A program made the position numbers and the translations under genes. Source: a virus (Duplodnaviria > Caudoviricetes). Taken from it: a DNA stretch of 64,000 bases. The stretch's first letter is position 1, and each line of letters opens with the position of its first letter. Positions 49,514 to 59,657 of this stretch are shown piece by piece. The DNA is taken from the IMG/VR virus record IMGVR_UViG_3300017914_002582, positions 3,526 to 67,525 of that record, one strand, 5' to 3'. Below the pieces are notes generated by a model. That model searched no databases and was not told the DNA's origin. It saw only the letters and a program-made list of their open reading frames with translations.

Positions 49514-51177
49514 TGAGTATTAGAATATATACAACCACTATAAATGTCGATAAAAAGTTTGATGTAGAATTTACACCACAGAATTTTACTATGTCAGGCT
49601 TTCCGAGACAAAATGCAATTAGTTCGTTAAGTGTATTAAGTGGAACAGAATCTAACATTGATAGAATAAAGCATAACACTTTCGTATTTAATAGTGTGTC
49701 GGCAAGTGGAGGTACTGGTTCTGATGCTCGGTTTGATGTAACAGTAAATACTTTTACTGGTGCTGTTACTTCCGTTTCAATAAGAAATAATGGTTTAAAT
49801 TATACACTTGACGATGAGTTGACTATTGACGGCACAAAAATTGGTGAAGACTCACCAGATACACCATTAAGAAACCTTGTGTTGACTGTTGCGGGTGTTT
49901 CAAGCAATGGAGAAATTACAGCAGCTACAATTACAAGTGGTGACTCTCCTGAATCTGATCGCGTTGATAATTTTTCTCCTTCTATTATTCAACGAAGTGT
50001 TCCAGTAATTCCTGATTCACCAAATTCTAGTAGTGGCAATTTAGGATCAGTAGACATTACACTTGATAGAGTAACTGGAGAAATTACCGCTGTTGAATTA
50101 AATGACGGGGGTGGAAATTATAATATAAACGATGTATTGAAAGTTTCTAATGCAGATATAAGCATTCCAGCTGAACCAGATTCACCTGTTAATATAGAAA
50201 CTCTTCTATTTAATTTTAACAATTCACCTGTCTTTAATAGTCCTAATAGTCCTGCTTCTGGTAATCCACCAGACAATATTCCTGTTTTTCAAATAGATGA
50301 CACACCATTACCTGATAGCCCATTCCTCTTTCTAAGAGTAGATTCTATAACTAATACAGAGTATAATGGCAAATATAAATTAAATGGATTTGTTAATGAT
50401 AGACCAAACTATACACTAGATAGCCCTAACAGTCCGAACTCACCGTCTATAGCAGTAAACATTCGGTTTGAGGATAATTTCTGGAAAATAAACGATCCAG
50501 ATAGAACTATATGTATAAACTCACAAAATTTAGCGGTACCGCCGAGAGATGGTTGGGTTATTGCTATTGGAAGTGTATTATCAGTAGCCGATCAACCGTT
50601 TGTCCCAATATATAACAGTCCTAACAGTCCAGCTTCTGGTAATCCACCAGATAATGAACCACCGGCCGATCCGAATCTTGATGTGGTTCGTCTTACTACA
50701 AAAGAAGATAGTCCCTATTTAAAAAATGAGTTAGTGACTACAAAAGGTTCATTCAAATCAGCTAATGTTGACAGCCCAAATACATTAGTGAATGCTAAGA
50801 TTATTGTTAATGATCTTGGTGAACTATTTACCAAAGGGGAAATCCTTCAAGGGTTGGATTCAAAAGTGACAAAAACTATTCTTTCTATAAAAGACCACGT
50901 TCCGCCAGAATTAGTAATTGAAGAACCTGTTGAAGAAATAGTTATTCCGTTAGGTGGAGATGAAGTTTTTGTTGATAGTTCACCTTTCGATACACCTGCA
51001 AATATCCAAGGGGATACTCCCACTGGAATTGTTTTAGAAGGTCTAATATTAAACTCGCCAGGTGGTATCCTTGTTGCTAGTGATTCTCCCTTATCGGGAA
51101 TAAGCACCTTTGGATTTGATTTACCAGATGGTGGAACTAATAGCCCAGGAGTAGCGGATGACTCAAGTCCGTCATAA
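49513..51177 (+). CDS. DSP/NSP-rich putative virion protein, 554 aa
   Basis: Translationally coupled to gp15 (TAATG). Contains 9 DSP and 9 NSP tripeptides and two GxNY beta-repeat units of the kind seen in phage structural proteins. Confidence 0.7.
   Translation: MSIRIYTTTINVDKKFDVEFTPQNFTMSGFPRQNAISSLSVLSGTESNIDRIKHNTFVFNSVSASGGTGSDARFDVTVNTFTGAVTSVSIRNNGLNYTLDDELTIDGTKIGEDSPDTPLRNLVLTVAGVSSNGEITAATITSGDSPESDRVDNFSPSIIQRSVPVIPDSPNSSSGNLGSVDITLDRVTGEITAVELNDGGGNYNINDVLKVSNADISIPAEPDSPVNIETLLFNFNNSPVFNSPNSPASGNPPDNIPVFQIDDTPLPDSPFLFLRVDSITNTEYNGKYKLNGFVNDRPNYTLDSPNSPNSPSIAVNIRFEDNFWKINDPDRTICINSQNLAVPPRDGWVIAIGSVLSVADQPFVPIYNSPNSPASGNPPDNEPPADPNLDVVRLTTKEDSPYLKNELVTTKGSFKSANVDSPNTLVNAKIIVNDLGELFTKGEILQGLDSKVTKTILSIKDHVPPELVIEEPVEEIVIPLGGDEVFVDSSPFDTPANIQGDTPTGIVLEGLILNSPGGILVASDSPLSGISTFGFDLPDGGTNSPGVADDSSPS
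50236..50655 (+). repeat. Duplicated 42 bp unit encoding NSPNSPASGNPPDN
   Basis: 50236-50277 and 50614-50655 differ at 4 positions, all synonymous third positions. Confidence 0.85.
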
Positions 51178-51180
51178 ATT

Positions 51181-51600
51181 ATGAGTGATAAACTAGACAA
51201 AATAACAAAGGCCCTTTCATCACAGGCAGTATCAACTGTTCCTGTACCTACTGACGATCTTAATCTTACAATCGATGCAGAAGAAGATTATAAGGCGGCA
51301 CGGGAGCACCTCAAAAGTTTGCTTGACAAGTCAGACGAAGCAATGGATCACATGATGCAAGTAGCGGCTGAGGCAGAACACCCAAGAGCATTTGAAGTAT
51401 TAGCTACTATGTTTAAAACATCAGCTGATATGACTTCACAATTAATTGATCTTCAAAAGAAAAGACACGAACTAGATAAATTAAATAATGAACCTACTGG
51501 CCCTAACAATGTAACTCAAAATAATCTGTTTGTTGGTTCAACTGCAGAGTTACAAAAAATGTTAGCAAAGGGGAATGGCAATGGATCCGCGGGGGTATAA
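51181..51600 (+). CDS. gp16: Terminase small subunit gp16
   Basis: DYKAAREHL, AEHPRAFEVLA, NNVTQNNLFVGSTAELQKML. Confidence 0.95.
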   Translation: MSDKLDKITKALSSQAVSTVPVPTDDLNLTIDAEEDYKAAREHLKSLLDKSDEAMDHMMQVAAEAEHPRAFEVLATMFKTSADMTSQLIDLQKKRHELDKLNNEPTGPNNVTQNNLFVGSTAELQKMLAKGNGNGSAGV

Positions 51601-53155
51601 CGGTAATTCTCAAGTTAAGAGAGATGGAGTAACTCATAACTTTACAAAGGATGAAATTACTGAGTACCAAAAGTGCATGCAAGACCCAGTGTACTTTGCA
51701 AAGACTTATGCGAAGATAATTAACCTAGATAAAGGTTTAGTACCCTTTGACTTGTATCCGTATCAAGAAGAAATGTTTCAACATTTTAATGACAATAGAT
51801 TCTCTATTGTGCTTGCTTGTCGTCAGTCTGGTAAATCGATTTCATCTGTTATATATCTTTTATGGTATGCTATATTTCATCCAGAAAAGACTGTAGCTAT
51901 TCTTGCAAACAAAGGTGCTACAGCCCGTGAGATGCTTGCTCGTATCACACTTGCTCTAGAAAACCTTCCATTCTTTTTACAGCCTGGTACAAGAGTCCTT
52001 AATAAAGGATCAATCGAGTTTTCAAACAACTCAAAAATCATTGCAGCTGCTACATCAGCATCATCTATTCGTGGTCAGTCTGTCAACCTTCTGTTCTTGG
52101 ATGAGTTTGCCTTTGTTGAGAATGCAGCAACATTCTATACGTCAACATATCCGGTTATTTCGTCTGGTAAAGAAACAAAAGTAATTATAACATCTACTCC
52201 AAATGGCATCGGTAATATGTTCTATAAGATTTGGGAAGGTGCTATACAAAAAATAAATGAGTTTGTCTCGTTTAGAGTTGATTGGTGGGATGTACCTGGC
52301 AGAGATGAAGAATGGAAGAAACAAACTATTTCAAATACAAGTGAAGCACAGTTTGCTCAAGAGTTTGGCAATCAGTTTGTTGGTAGCTCATCGACACTTA
52401 TATCTGCAGATTGTTTACTTAGTTTAAAGGCACGTGAACCGATGAAAACCACTAGAGGAATTCGGGTATACGAAGAGCCGAAGGAAGATCATGTCTATAT
52501 TATGACTGTTGATGTATCAAAGGGAAGAGGACAAGACTACTCTACGTTTTCTGTATTTGATGTTACGGCTAAACCATTTAAACAGGTGTGTACATTTAGA
52601 GATAATCTAATTTCTCCTTTGCTATTCCCAGATATAATCGTGTGGTCGGCTAAACACTATAACGAAGCAATTGTTGTAATTGAAAACAATGATGCTGGAC
52701 AAGTTGTGTGTAACGGTGTTTACTACGACTTAGAGTATGAAAATACATTTGTAGAGTCAGCTATTAAATCTGGTGGTATTGGTGCAACAATGACTCGTAA
52801 GATTAAAAGAATCGGGTGTTCAAACATGAAAGACTTGCTTGAGCAAAACGGTGTCGAAATTGTAGACTCTGATACGATTGTAGAATTATCAACATTTATT
52901 CCAAAGGGTAGTAGTTACGAAGCAGATAAGGGCTGTCACGATGACATGGTAATGAACTTAGTCATGTTTTCTTGGTTTGTTTCTACTGAAGCATTCGGCA
53001 ACATTGATGATATTACACTTAAAGAATTATTATATAAGGACAGAGAAGAACTGTTGGATAGAGAAATGCTAGACTTTGGGTTTATACATAACGATGGCCT
53101 ATCTGATGAGTATGGGGAGATGTTAGAACAACAGAGGGCTTGGAAAGAACTCTAG
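51575..53155 (+). CDS. gp17: Terminase large subunit gp17
   Basis: LYPYQEEM, ACRQSGKS (Walker A), LFLDEFAF (Walker B), STPNG, DVSKGRGQDYS, HDDMVM; no intein seen. Confidence 0.98.
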   Translation: MAMDPRGYNGNSQVKRDGVTHNFTKDEITEYQKCMQDPVYFAKTYAKIINLDKGLVPFDLYPYQEEMFQHFNDNRFSIVLACRQSGKSISSVIYLLWYAIFHPEKTVAILANKGATAREMLARITLALENLPFFLQPGTRVLNKGSIEFSNNSKIIAAATSASSIRGQSVNLLFLDEFAFVENAATFYTSTYPVISSGKETKVIITSTPNGIGNMFYKIWEGAIQKINEFVSFRVDWWDVPGRDEEWKKQTISNTSEAQFAQEFGNQFVGSSSTLISADCLLSLKAREPMKTTRGIRVYEEPKEDHVYIMTVDVSKGRGQDYSTFSVFDVTAKPFKQVCTFRDNLISPLLFPDIIVWSAKHYNEAIVVIENNDAGQVVCNGVYYDLEYENTFVESAIKSGGIGATMTRKIKRIGCSNMKDLLEQNGVEIVDSDTIVELSTFIPKGSSYEADKGCHDDMVMNLVMFSWFVSTEAFGNIDDITLKELLYKDREELLDREMLDFGFIHNDGLSDEYGEMLEQQRAWKEL

Positions 53156-53164
53156 AACTATCTC

Positions 53165-53176
53165 TATTTATAAATA
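53165..53176 (+). promoter_or_regulatory. Late promoter for gp18
   Basis: TATAAATA at 53169-53176 within palindrome TATTTATAAATA, followed by the leader hairpin TACAAGA...TCTTGTA. Confidence 0.85.
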
Positions 53177-53244
53177 CAAGAGTGAATAAATTCTTGTAAT
53201 GTCGCACATATTAATTATTAACTGAAAAGAAAGAGGTAAACAAT

Positions 53245-55041
53245 ATGGGATTCCTAGTCTCTCCAGGCGTCGAAGTCAAAGAAATTGACTTGACGAATGT
53301 AATACCTGCAGTATCCACCTCGATTGGTGGTTATACTGGCAGATTCAAGTGGGGGCCTGTTGGAGAACTTATTACGGTAAGTTCAGAAAACGACCTTGCA
53401 CTATTGTTTGGTAAACCAGACGAAACACACGCTCAATCCTTTTTACAGGCAGCGAGCTTTTTAAAGTACGGTAATACTCTAAAGGTATCACGTGCGGTTT
53501 CTGATGGTGATACAATTACACGCAGTGCAGCGGTTGGAATTGCTGCTGATGCAACAGCGTACGCAGTGAATAACCGTGATGACTACGACACTACAACTGT
53601 TGCAGCATCAAACGTAGCAATTGCACGTTGTAGAGGTGCAAGAGGTAATAGCTTGGAAGTCATTGTTGCTAGAAACACTGACCTCGACGCGCAAGCTGGT
53701 GAAGATTCTCCTAGCGTTTCAGGCGCTCGGACATTGCTGAAAAGTAATTTCGATGCTGATCCCGGCAGTGTAAATACTGATGACGGCGGAGACGAAATTC
53801 ATGTTCTAGTCATTGACAAAGAAGGTGAATTTACTGGCACAAAGAATGAAGTATTGGAAAAATACCAAGGGTTGTCTTTGTGTAAAGACGCTTTAAATAG
53901 TGACGGTTCTTCTAACTATTATTACGATGTAATCAATAATGCTTCACAGTTTATTTTTATTAATAAACTTGGAGATGATACTTCTGGACTGTATCCAGGC
54001 GCTGATGACACAGTAGCAAATATAAATGGTGATGAAGAAATTACAACCGCAGATGACGTTGACGGCAAGTTGGATAATAACGTATTTGTTGCTACTTTGG
54101 AAAGCGGCGCCGATGGTACTCTAGTTGCAGGTTCTTATACTGCAGACGATACCGGACTTGGTTTGTTTTCTGATTCTGAAACAGTGGATGTAAATCTAAT
54201 GTTTGTAGATGCTGGACAACTTGACGATACCGCTCAGGTTACAGTAGATAAGAAGTTGATGGAAATAGCTACTAAGCGTAAAGACGTTGTTGCGTTTGTA
54301 TCAGCTCCAGTAGAAGCAACTACAGGTGTTCAGTTTGACACTTCTGAAGCTGATAAACTAGCCACAGTAACAACTAGAAAAACTGCACTTGGCACAATGG
54401 ACAGCTACCATTTCATGGACAGCACTCCGTTATATGTATATAACAAGTATGCTGATAACTATGTATACATTGCTGCTTCTGGTCACATGGCTGGTCTATG
54501 TGCAAATACAGATGATGTAGCAGATGCTTGGTTCTCACCTGCAGGTTATAACCGTGGTGGTCTAAGAAGTGTTACTAAGTTAGCGTTCAACCCGAACCAA
54601 TCAGCTAGAGACACACTGTACAAAGCAAATATTAACCCGATTGTTTCATTCCCGGGCCAAGGTATTCTCTTGTTCGGTGATAAAACTGGTCAGTCTAAAG
54701 CTTCAGCATTCGACAGAATTAATGTTCGTAGATTGTTCATTACTCTTGAGAAAGCTATTGCTACCGCTTCTAAATTCCAACTGTTCGAGTTAAACGATGA
54801 GTTTACAAGAGCACAATTCCGTAACTTGGTTGAACCATTTTTGCGGGATGTTAAAGGTCGGCGTGGAATTACTGACTTCTTGGTTGTTTGTGACGAAACA
54901 AACAATACAGGACAAGTAATCGACACGAATCGTTTCGTTGCAGATATCTATATCAAACCTGCACGTTCAATTAACTTCATCACACTCAACTTCGTAGCAA
55001 CCCGTACTGGTGTTGACTTCTCTGAAGTTGTTAGTGGCTAA
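53245..55041 (+). CDS. gp18: Tail sheath protein gp18
   Basis: MGFLVSPGVEVKEIDLT, FKWGPV, WFSPAGYNRG, FDRINVRRLF, IKPARSINFITLNFVATRTGVDF. Confidence 0.98.
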   Translation: MGFLVSPGVEVKEIDLTNVIPAVSTSIGGYTGRFKWGPVGELITVSSENDLALLFGKPDETHAQSFLQAASFLKYGNTLKVSRAVSDGDTITRSAAVGIAADATAYAVNNRDDYDTTTVAASNVAIARCRGARGNSLEVIVARNTDLDAQAGEDSPSVSGARTLLKSNFDADPGSVNTDDGGDEIHVLVIDKEGEFTGTKNEVLEKYQGLSLCKDALNSDGSSNYYYDVINNASQFIFINKLGDDTSGLYPGADDTVANINGDEEITTADDVDGKLDNNVFVATLESGADGTLVAGSYTADDTGLGLFSDSETVDVNLMFVDAGQLDDTAQVTVDKKLMEIATKRKDVVAFVSAPVEATTGVQFDTSEADKLATVTTRKTALGTMDSYHFMDSTPLYVYNKYADNYVYIAASGHMAGLCANTDDVADAWFSPAGYNRGGLRSVTKLAFNPNQSARDTLYKANINPIVSFPGQGILLFGDKTGQSKASAFDRINVRRLFITLEKAIATASKFQLFELNDEFTRAQFRNLVEPFLRDVKGRRGITDFLVVCDETNNTGQVIDTNRFVADIYIKPARSINFITLNFVATRTGVDFSEVVSG

Positions 55042-55059
55042 ATCTAGGAGGAAATTAAA

Positions 55060-55587
55060 ATGGCTGTATTAGGTGTAGATGACTTCAAAGCAAAATTGAC
55101 AGGTGGTGGGGCTCGCCCTAACTTGTTCAAAGCTACAATTAACTTCCCTGCTTATGCTGGGGGAGACACGGAATTCACTTCTTTCATGGTAAAAGGAGCT
55201 GGACTTCCCGCATCAACAATCACTAACATTGACGTACCATTCCGTGGTCGTCAGTTAAAGATTGCAGGTGACCGTACATTTGAACCTTGGACAATCACTG
55301 TTATCAATGATGCTGAAATGAAAGTACGCAATTCATTTGAAACATGGATGAACGGTATTAACGAACATGTTAATAATACCGGCCTTAGCAACCCAACCGA
55401 TTATCAAGCGGATATGATTGTTGAACAGCTCGACAAAGAAGGTAATGTTACTAAAACATATACACTTCGTGGAGCATTCCCAACAAACGTATCGCAGATT
55501 GATCTTTCATACGATCAGGCGGATGCTATCGAGGAATTCACAGTTGAAATTAACTATCAATATTGGGAATCAAATACTACTTCTTAA
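55060..55587 (+). CDS. gp19: Tail tube protein gp19
   Basis: GGGARPNLF, FRGRQLKIAGDRTFEPWTITVIND, IEEFTVEINYQYW. Confidence 0.98.
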   Translation: MAVLGVDDFKAKLTGGGARPNLFKATINFPAYAGGDTEFTSFMVKGAGLPASTITNIDVPFRGRQLKIAGDRTFEPWTITVINDAEMKVRNSFETWMNGINEHVNNTGLSNPTDYQADMIVEQLDKEGNVTKTYTLRGAFPTNVSQIDLSYDQADAIEEFTVEINYQYWESNTTS

Positions 55588-55610
55588 TTAAGTTAATAGT
55601 AAATTAAAGG

Positions 55611-55640
55611 AAACTCCCCAATGAAAGTTGGGGAGTTTTT
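55611..55640 (+). terminator. Intrinsic terminator after gp19
   Basis: AAACTCCCCAA-TGAAAG-TTGGGGAGTTT followed by TT. Confidence 0.85.
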
Positions 55641-55641
55641 A

Positions 55642-55649
55642 TATAAATA
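55642..55649 (+). promoter_or_regulatory. Late promoter for gp20
   Basis: TATAAATA; the ATG at 55655 is 6 nt after its end. Confidence 0.85.
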
Positions 55650-55654
55650 GTATT

Positions 55655-57316
55655 ATGGAAATTTTTGGCTACGAAATAACGAAAAGGTTCAAGAAGAACC
55701 AACAGAATGAAAAAGATACTGTAAAATCATTTGTACCTCCAACCGAGGAAGACGGTGTAACTACAGTAAGCGCTGGAGGCTATTTTGGTCAATACTATGA
55801 CTTAGATGGCACCCAAGGTAGCAGCGACAAAGATATGATTATAAAGTATCGTGATGCTGCTGAACAACCTGAAACTGATAATGCAATCGATGATATTATT
55901 AATGAAGCAATTGTTACTAACGATGTCGGCTCTCCTGTATCACTGAATGTTGATGACTTAGAGTATACTGATGAAGTTAAAAAGAAAGTTGTTAATGAAT
56001 TTCAAGAAATTGTTAAACTTTTGCAGTTTAATCAGTTTGGTTCAGACTTATTTAGAAAGTGGTATGTTGATGGCCGAATATATTTCCATATTGTAATTGA
56101 TACCGAAAATCCTAAAGCAGGTATCCAAGAATTAAGATACATCGACCCGATTTTTATGAAGAAGGTTCGGGAAGTCAAAAAAGAAGTTGACAGACGAACC
56201 GGCATAACAATGTCAGAAACAACAGACGAATTTTTTGTCTATAGTGATTACCAAACTACTACACCCGATAGTGGTCAAACATCAGACGGTGCCATTCAAG
56301 GGATAAAAGTAGCAAAAGAAGCTATTGTTTATGTGACTAGTGGAATCATGGATGCTAGTCGGCAGAAAGTTCTATCAAACTTACATAAATCAATAAAGTT
56401 GATTAACCAGTTAAGAATGCTAGAAGACGCATTGGTTATCTATCGTATCTCTAGAGCACCGGAAAGACGTATTTTCTATATTGATGTCGGTAACCTACCA
56501 AAAGGTAAAGCCGAAGAATATGTCAGAAATATGATGTCTCAATATCGTAACAAAATTGTGTACGATTCATCATCTGGTGAAGTGAGAGATGACCGTAGAC
56601 ACAAATCAATGTTAGAAGACTTCTTCCTTCCTAGAAGAGAAGGCGGTCGTGGAACTGAAATTACTACACTACCCGGCGGAGAAAACCTTGGTCAGATCGA
56701 GGATATTCTGTTTTTCCAAAAGAAGCTATACAAGTCTCTTAATGTACCTTTGAGCAGATTAGAATCTGAATCTGGCTTCCAAGTTGGTCGTGCAACTGAA
56801 ATCAATCGGGAAGAAGTAAAATTTCAGAAGTTTGTCGATAGACTTCGTAAAAGATTTTCTTATGTATTTTTAGACGCACTTAAGACACAACTCGTACTTA
56901 AAGGTATTATTGTAGAAGATGACTGGCCAAGTATTGAAGAGAATATCTATGTAGATTATCAGAAAGATAATTATTTCTCTGAACTAAAAGAGTTTGAAAT
57001 ATTGCGAGACAGGTTTGAAATTGTTGGTCAGATGGACGAGTATGTTGGGAAATACTATTCAAAAGAATGGGTACGAAAGAATGTTCTTGGCCAAGACGAT
57101 GTAGAGATCGAGCAGATTAACCAACAAATTGCAGACGAGCAAGAAGATGAAGGTGGAGAAGATGGAGAGGGTGGAGATGACATGTTTGCATCCTACGAAC
57201 CAACGCAACCTCAAGTTGGCGGTAACTTAGAAAAAGAGATGGACACTTCGAGCGGAGAGCTAGAAGCTGACGTGTCTAACCAAAATAATTCATTAGAATC
57301 AGAATTTAAAAATTAG
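55655..57316 (+). CDS. gp20: Portal vertex protein gp20
   Basis: MEIFGYEI, WYVDGRIYF, LRMLEDALVIYRISRAPERRIFYIDVGNLPKGKAEEY, EDFFLPRREGGRGTEITTLPGG. Confidence 0.98.
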   Translation: MEIFGYEITKRFKKNQQNEKDTVKSFVPPTEEDGVTTVSAGGYFGQYYDLDGTQGSSDKDMIIKYRDAAEQPETDNAIDDIINEAIVTNDVGSPVSLNVDDLEYTDEVKKKVVNEFQEIVKLLQFNQFGSDLFRKWYVDGRIYFHIVIDTENPKAGIQELRYIDPIFMKKVREVKKEVDRRTGITMSETTDEFFVYSDYQTTTPDSGQTSDGAIQGIKVAKEAIVYVTSGIMDASRQKVLSNLHKSIKLINQLRMLEDALVIYRISRAPERRIFYIDVGNLPKGKAEEYVRNMMSQYRNKIVYDSSSGEVRDDRRHKSMLEDFFLPRREGGRGTEITTLPGGENLGQIEDILFFQKKLYKSLNVPLSRLESESGFQVGRATEINREEVKFQKFVDRLRKRFSYVFLDALKTQLVLKGIIVEDDWPSIEENIYVDYQKDNYFSELKEFEILRDRFEIVGQMDEYVGKYYSKEWVRKNVLGQDDVEIEQINQQIADEQEDEGGEDGEGGDDMFASYEPTQPQVGGNLEKEMDTSSGELEADVSNQNNSLESEFKN

Positions 57317-57353
57317 TAACATCCTCTAGAAGGGCTTTTAAGCTTTGACAATA

Positions 57354-57361
57354 TATAAATA
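57354..57361 (+). promoter_or_regulatory. Late promoter for the prohead core genes
   Basis: TATAAATA between gp20 and the small core gene. Confidence 0.8.
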
Positions 57362-57386
57362 TAGGTATAAAAAAGGAATATAGGTT

Positions 57387-57551
57387 ATGGATAGTGTAAA
57401 AAATTTGTTAGGAGCTCTTTATAGTGGAGATAAAAAGGGTGCTGAAGAGAATTTTAATGCAGCATTAAGTGATAAGATTTCCCAAGCGGTAGATGTAAAA
57501 AAGGTATCCGTAGCAGCAGACATTTTCAACGTTAGAAACGTAAAAGGATAA
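57387..57551 (+). CDS. Small prohead core protein, gp67-like, 54 aa
   Basis: Not in the ORF track. MDSVKNLLGALYSGDKKGAEENFNAALSDKISQAVDVKKVSVAADIF, located between gp20 and gp21. Confidence 0.75.
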   Translation: MDSVKNLLGALYSGDKKGAEENFNAALSDKISQAVDVKKVSVAADIFNVRNVKG

Positions 57552-57583
57552 AAATGTATGCCTAACAGTTTAAGGAGAGTAAT

Positions 57584-58225
57584 ATGAGACTTATTACAGA
57601 ACATTTTGAAGATTTGAATTATATAACCGAGGATAAAGACGGTAAAAAACACACATATATCGAAGGTGTGTTTATGCAGGCCGAAAGAAAGAATCGTAAT
57701 GGCCGTGTATATCCAAAAGAAACACTTTATAAAGCCGTTGAAAAATACGTTGCAGAACAAGTTACACAGGGAAGAGCTGTCGGGGAACTCGATCATCCTG
57801 CTGGCCCCCAGATTAACTTAGACAAAGTTTCACACAAAATCACCGAGTTAAAGTTTGACGGTGATGATGTTGTTGGAAAGGCACAAGTTCTAAACACCCC
57901 AATGGGTAAGATCGTTGAAGGTCTTATTGAGGGTGGAGTAAAACTTGGTGTCTCTAGCCGTGGTATGGGAACCGTTGAGAATAAGAAGGGAGTAACTTAT
58001 GTCAATGATGACTATTTACTCGCTACTGTAGATATCGTTCAAGACCCTTCAGCCCAAGGTGCATTTGTAAATGGCATCATGGAAGGTGTAGAGTGGGTTT
58101 GGGATAATGGTATTCTAAAAGCTCAGCAACTTGAAAAATATGAGACTGAAATTCAAGAAGCTTCTTCCAAAGAACTGGCGTCAGTACAGGAGAAGGTATT
58201 CGCGGATTTCCTCTCCAAACTCTAA
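57584..58225 (+). CDS. gp21: Prohead core protease gp21
   Basis: YIEGVFMQAE.KNRNGRVYP, GELDHP, INLDKVSH, LGVSSRGMG, DIVQDPSA. Confidence 0.98.
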   Translation: MRLITEHFEDLNYITEDKDGKKHTYIEGVFMQAERKNRNGRVYPKETLYKAVEKYVAEQVTQGRAVGELDHPAGPQINLDKVSHKITELKFDGDDVVGKAQVLNTPMGKIVEGLIEGGVKLGVSSRGMGTVENKKGVTYVNDDYLLATVDIVQDPSAQGAFVNGIMEGVEWVWDNGILKAQQLEKYETEIQEASSKELASVQEKVFADFLSKL

Positions 58226-58241
58226 ACATTAGGAAACTATT

Positions 58242-59618
58242 ATGCTTAACGAAGAAAATAAAAATCTGCTGGAAACAGCACTTTCAGCTCTTAAGCCTGA
58301 AGCCCTAGAGGATGTAGAGGTAGAAGAAACAACAGAAGAGGTTGTTGAATCGACAGAAGATACAACTAAAGAAACTGTTGAAGAATCTGCAGTCTATACA
58401 GTATGGGAAGAAGATGAAGAAGATCAAGATGCTGAAGACATGGATGAAGAAGAGGATGACGGAATCGAAGGTTCTAAAGACCCCGATGAAGACCCATCTG
58501 ACGCTGAAGTCATGGAAATGGAAGACGAAGACGACGCTGAAGAGTCATACAACATGAACGCTGATGCGGACGAAGAAGACGAAGACGAAGACGAAGTTGA
58601 TGTCGATGATGTTGACGTTTCTGCTGATGATGCAGAAGACGACATGGAAGATGAAATCGAAGATGAAGAAGAGATGGATTCTGACGACATGGACATGGAC
58701 AATGAAGATGACGAAGAAGAAATCGAAGAGATGGACGATGAAGATGACGGTATCGAAGGTTCTGAGCAACCTCATTCAGATGTCGATCATGCAATTGACC
58801 AAATCTCTAAGACTATCACTGCTGCAGCAACAGCTAAAGCAATTGAAAAGATTGAAGCTAGTTATTCAATGAAAGAAGATATCGACGCACTATGTGCTTC
58901 GGATGATTCTTTGACTGAAGAGTTTAAGACTAAAGCTGCTACTATCTTTGAAGCTGCTGTATCTGCAAAAGTTCGTGAGCAGGTTGAAGAAATCAAAGAA
59001 TCATATACTGATTATGTTGATGAAGAAATCAGCGCACTTCACGAAGGGTTGATGGATAAGATTGATGTTTATCTTACTTACGTAGCTGAACAGTGGATTG
59101 ATAAGAATGATGTTGCAGTATCGAACATCCTTCGGACAGAAATCGCTGAGTCATTTATGACTTCACTGAAAGATACGTTTGTAAACCACTACATTGAAAT
59201 GCCAGAAGGTAAGACAGACATGTTTGACGAAATTAGTCAGCAGAATTGTGAACTAGCTGAAGATGTAGATGCTAAACAAGCTAAGATCGATGAATTGTCA
59301 GAACAAATCGTCTCACTGGAAAAAGCTCAGATTGTGTCTGAACTCTCTGAAGGACTTGCAACTACACAGGTTGCTAAGTTTAAAGAGTTGACTGAAGATA
59401 TTGCTTGGGAATCTCCAGAAGCTTTCACTAAGAAAGCTAAAGTTATTCGTGAGTCTTATTTCGCTCAGAAGAAAGTTGAAGAGTCTGAAGTGAAAAAAGC
59501 AAACACAGAAACAACTACACAAGTGGTCGTTGAAGAAGTCGAAGAACAAACTGATGAAAATTCTTTAATGTCCAGATATATCAAAGCTTCTACTAAATTA
59601 CAAAAAGAAGCATTTTAA
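58242..59618 (+). CDS. gp22: Prohead core scaffold gp22 with a long acidic insertion
   Basis: LTEEFKTKAATIFEAAV, KIDVYLTYVAEQW, IAESFMTSLKDTF, IRESYF, MSRYI; located between gp21 and gp23. Confidence 0.93.
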   Translation: MLNEENKNLLETALSALKPEALEDVEVEETTEEVVESTEDTTKETVEESAVYTVWEEDEEDQDAEDMDEEEDDGIEGSKDPDEDPSDAEVMEMEDEDDAEESYNMNADADEEDEDEDEVDVDDVDVSADDAEDDMEDEIEDEEEMDSDDMDMDNEDDEEEIEEMDDEDDGIEGSEQPHSDVDHAIDQISKTITAAATAKAIEKIEASYSMKEDIDALCASDDSLTEEFKTKAATIFEAAVSAKVREQVEEIKESYTDYVDEEISALHEGLMDKIDVYLTYVAEQWIDKNDVAVSNILRTEIAESFMTSLKDTFVNHYIEMPEGKTDMFDEISQQNCELAEDVDAKQAKIDELSEQIVSLEKAQIVSELSEGLATTQVAKFKELTEDIAWESPEAFTKKAKVIRESYFAQKKVEESEVKKANTETTTQVVVEEVEEQTDENSLMSRYIKASTKLQKEAF

Positions 59619-59657
59619 CCATATCACTTAATAACTAACAACAGAAGGAAAACAATT

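Noticed and set aside
58342-58872. Five overlapping alternative ORFs with poly-Ser, Arg/His or Lys/Thr/Met composition
   Set aside because: They are artefacts of the GAY/GAR low-complexity tract in gp22.
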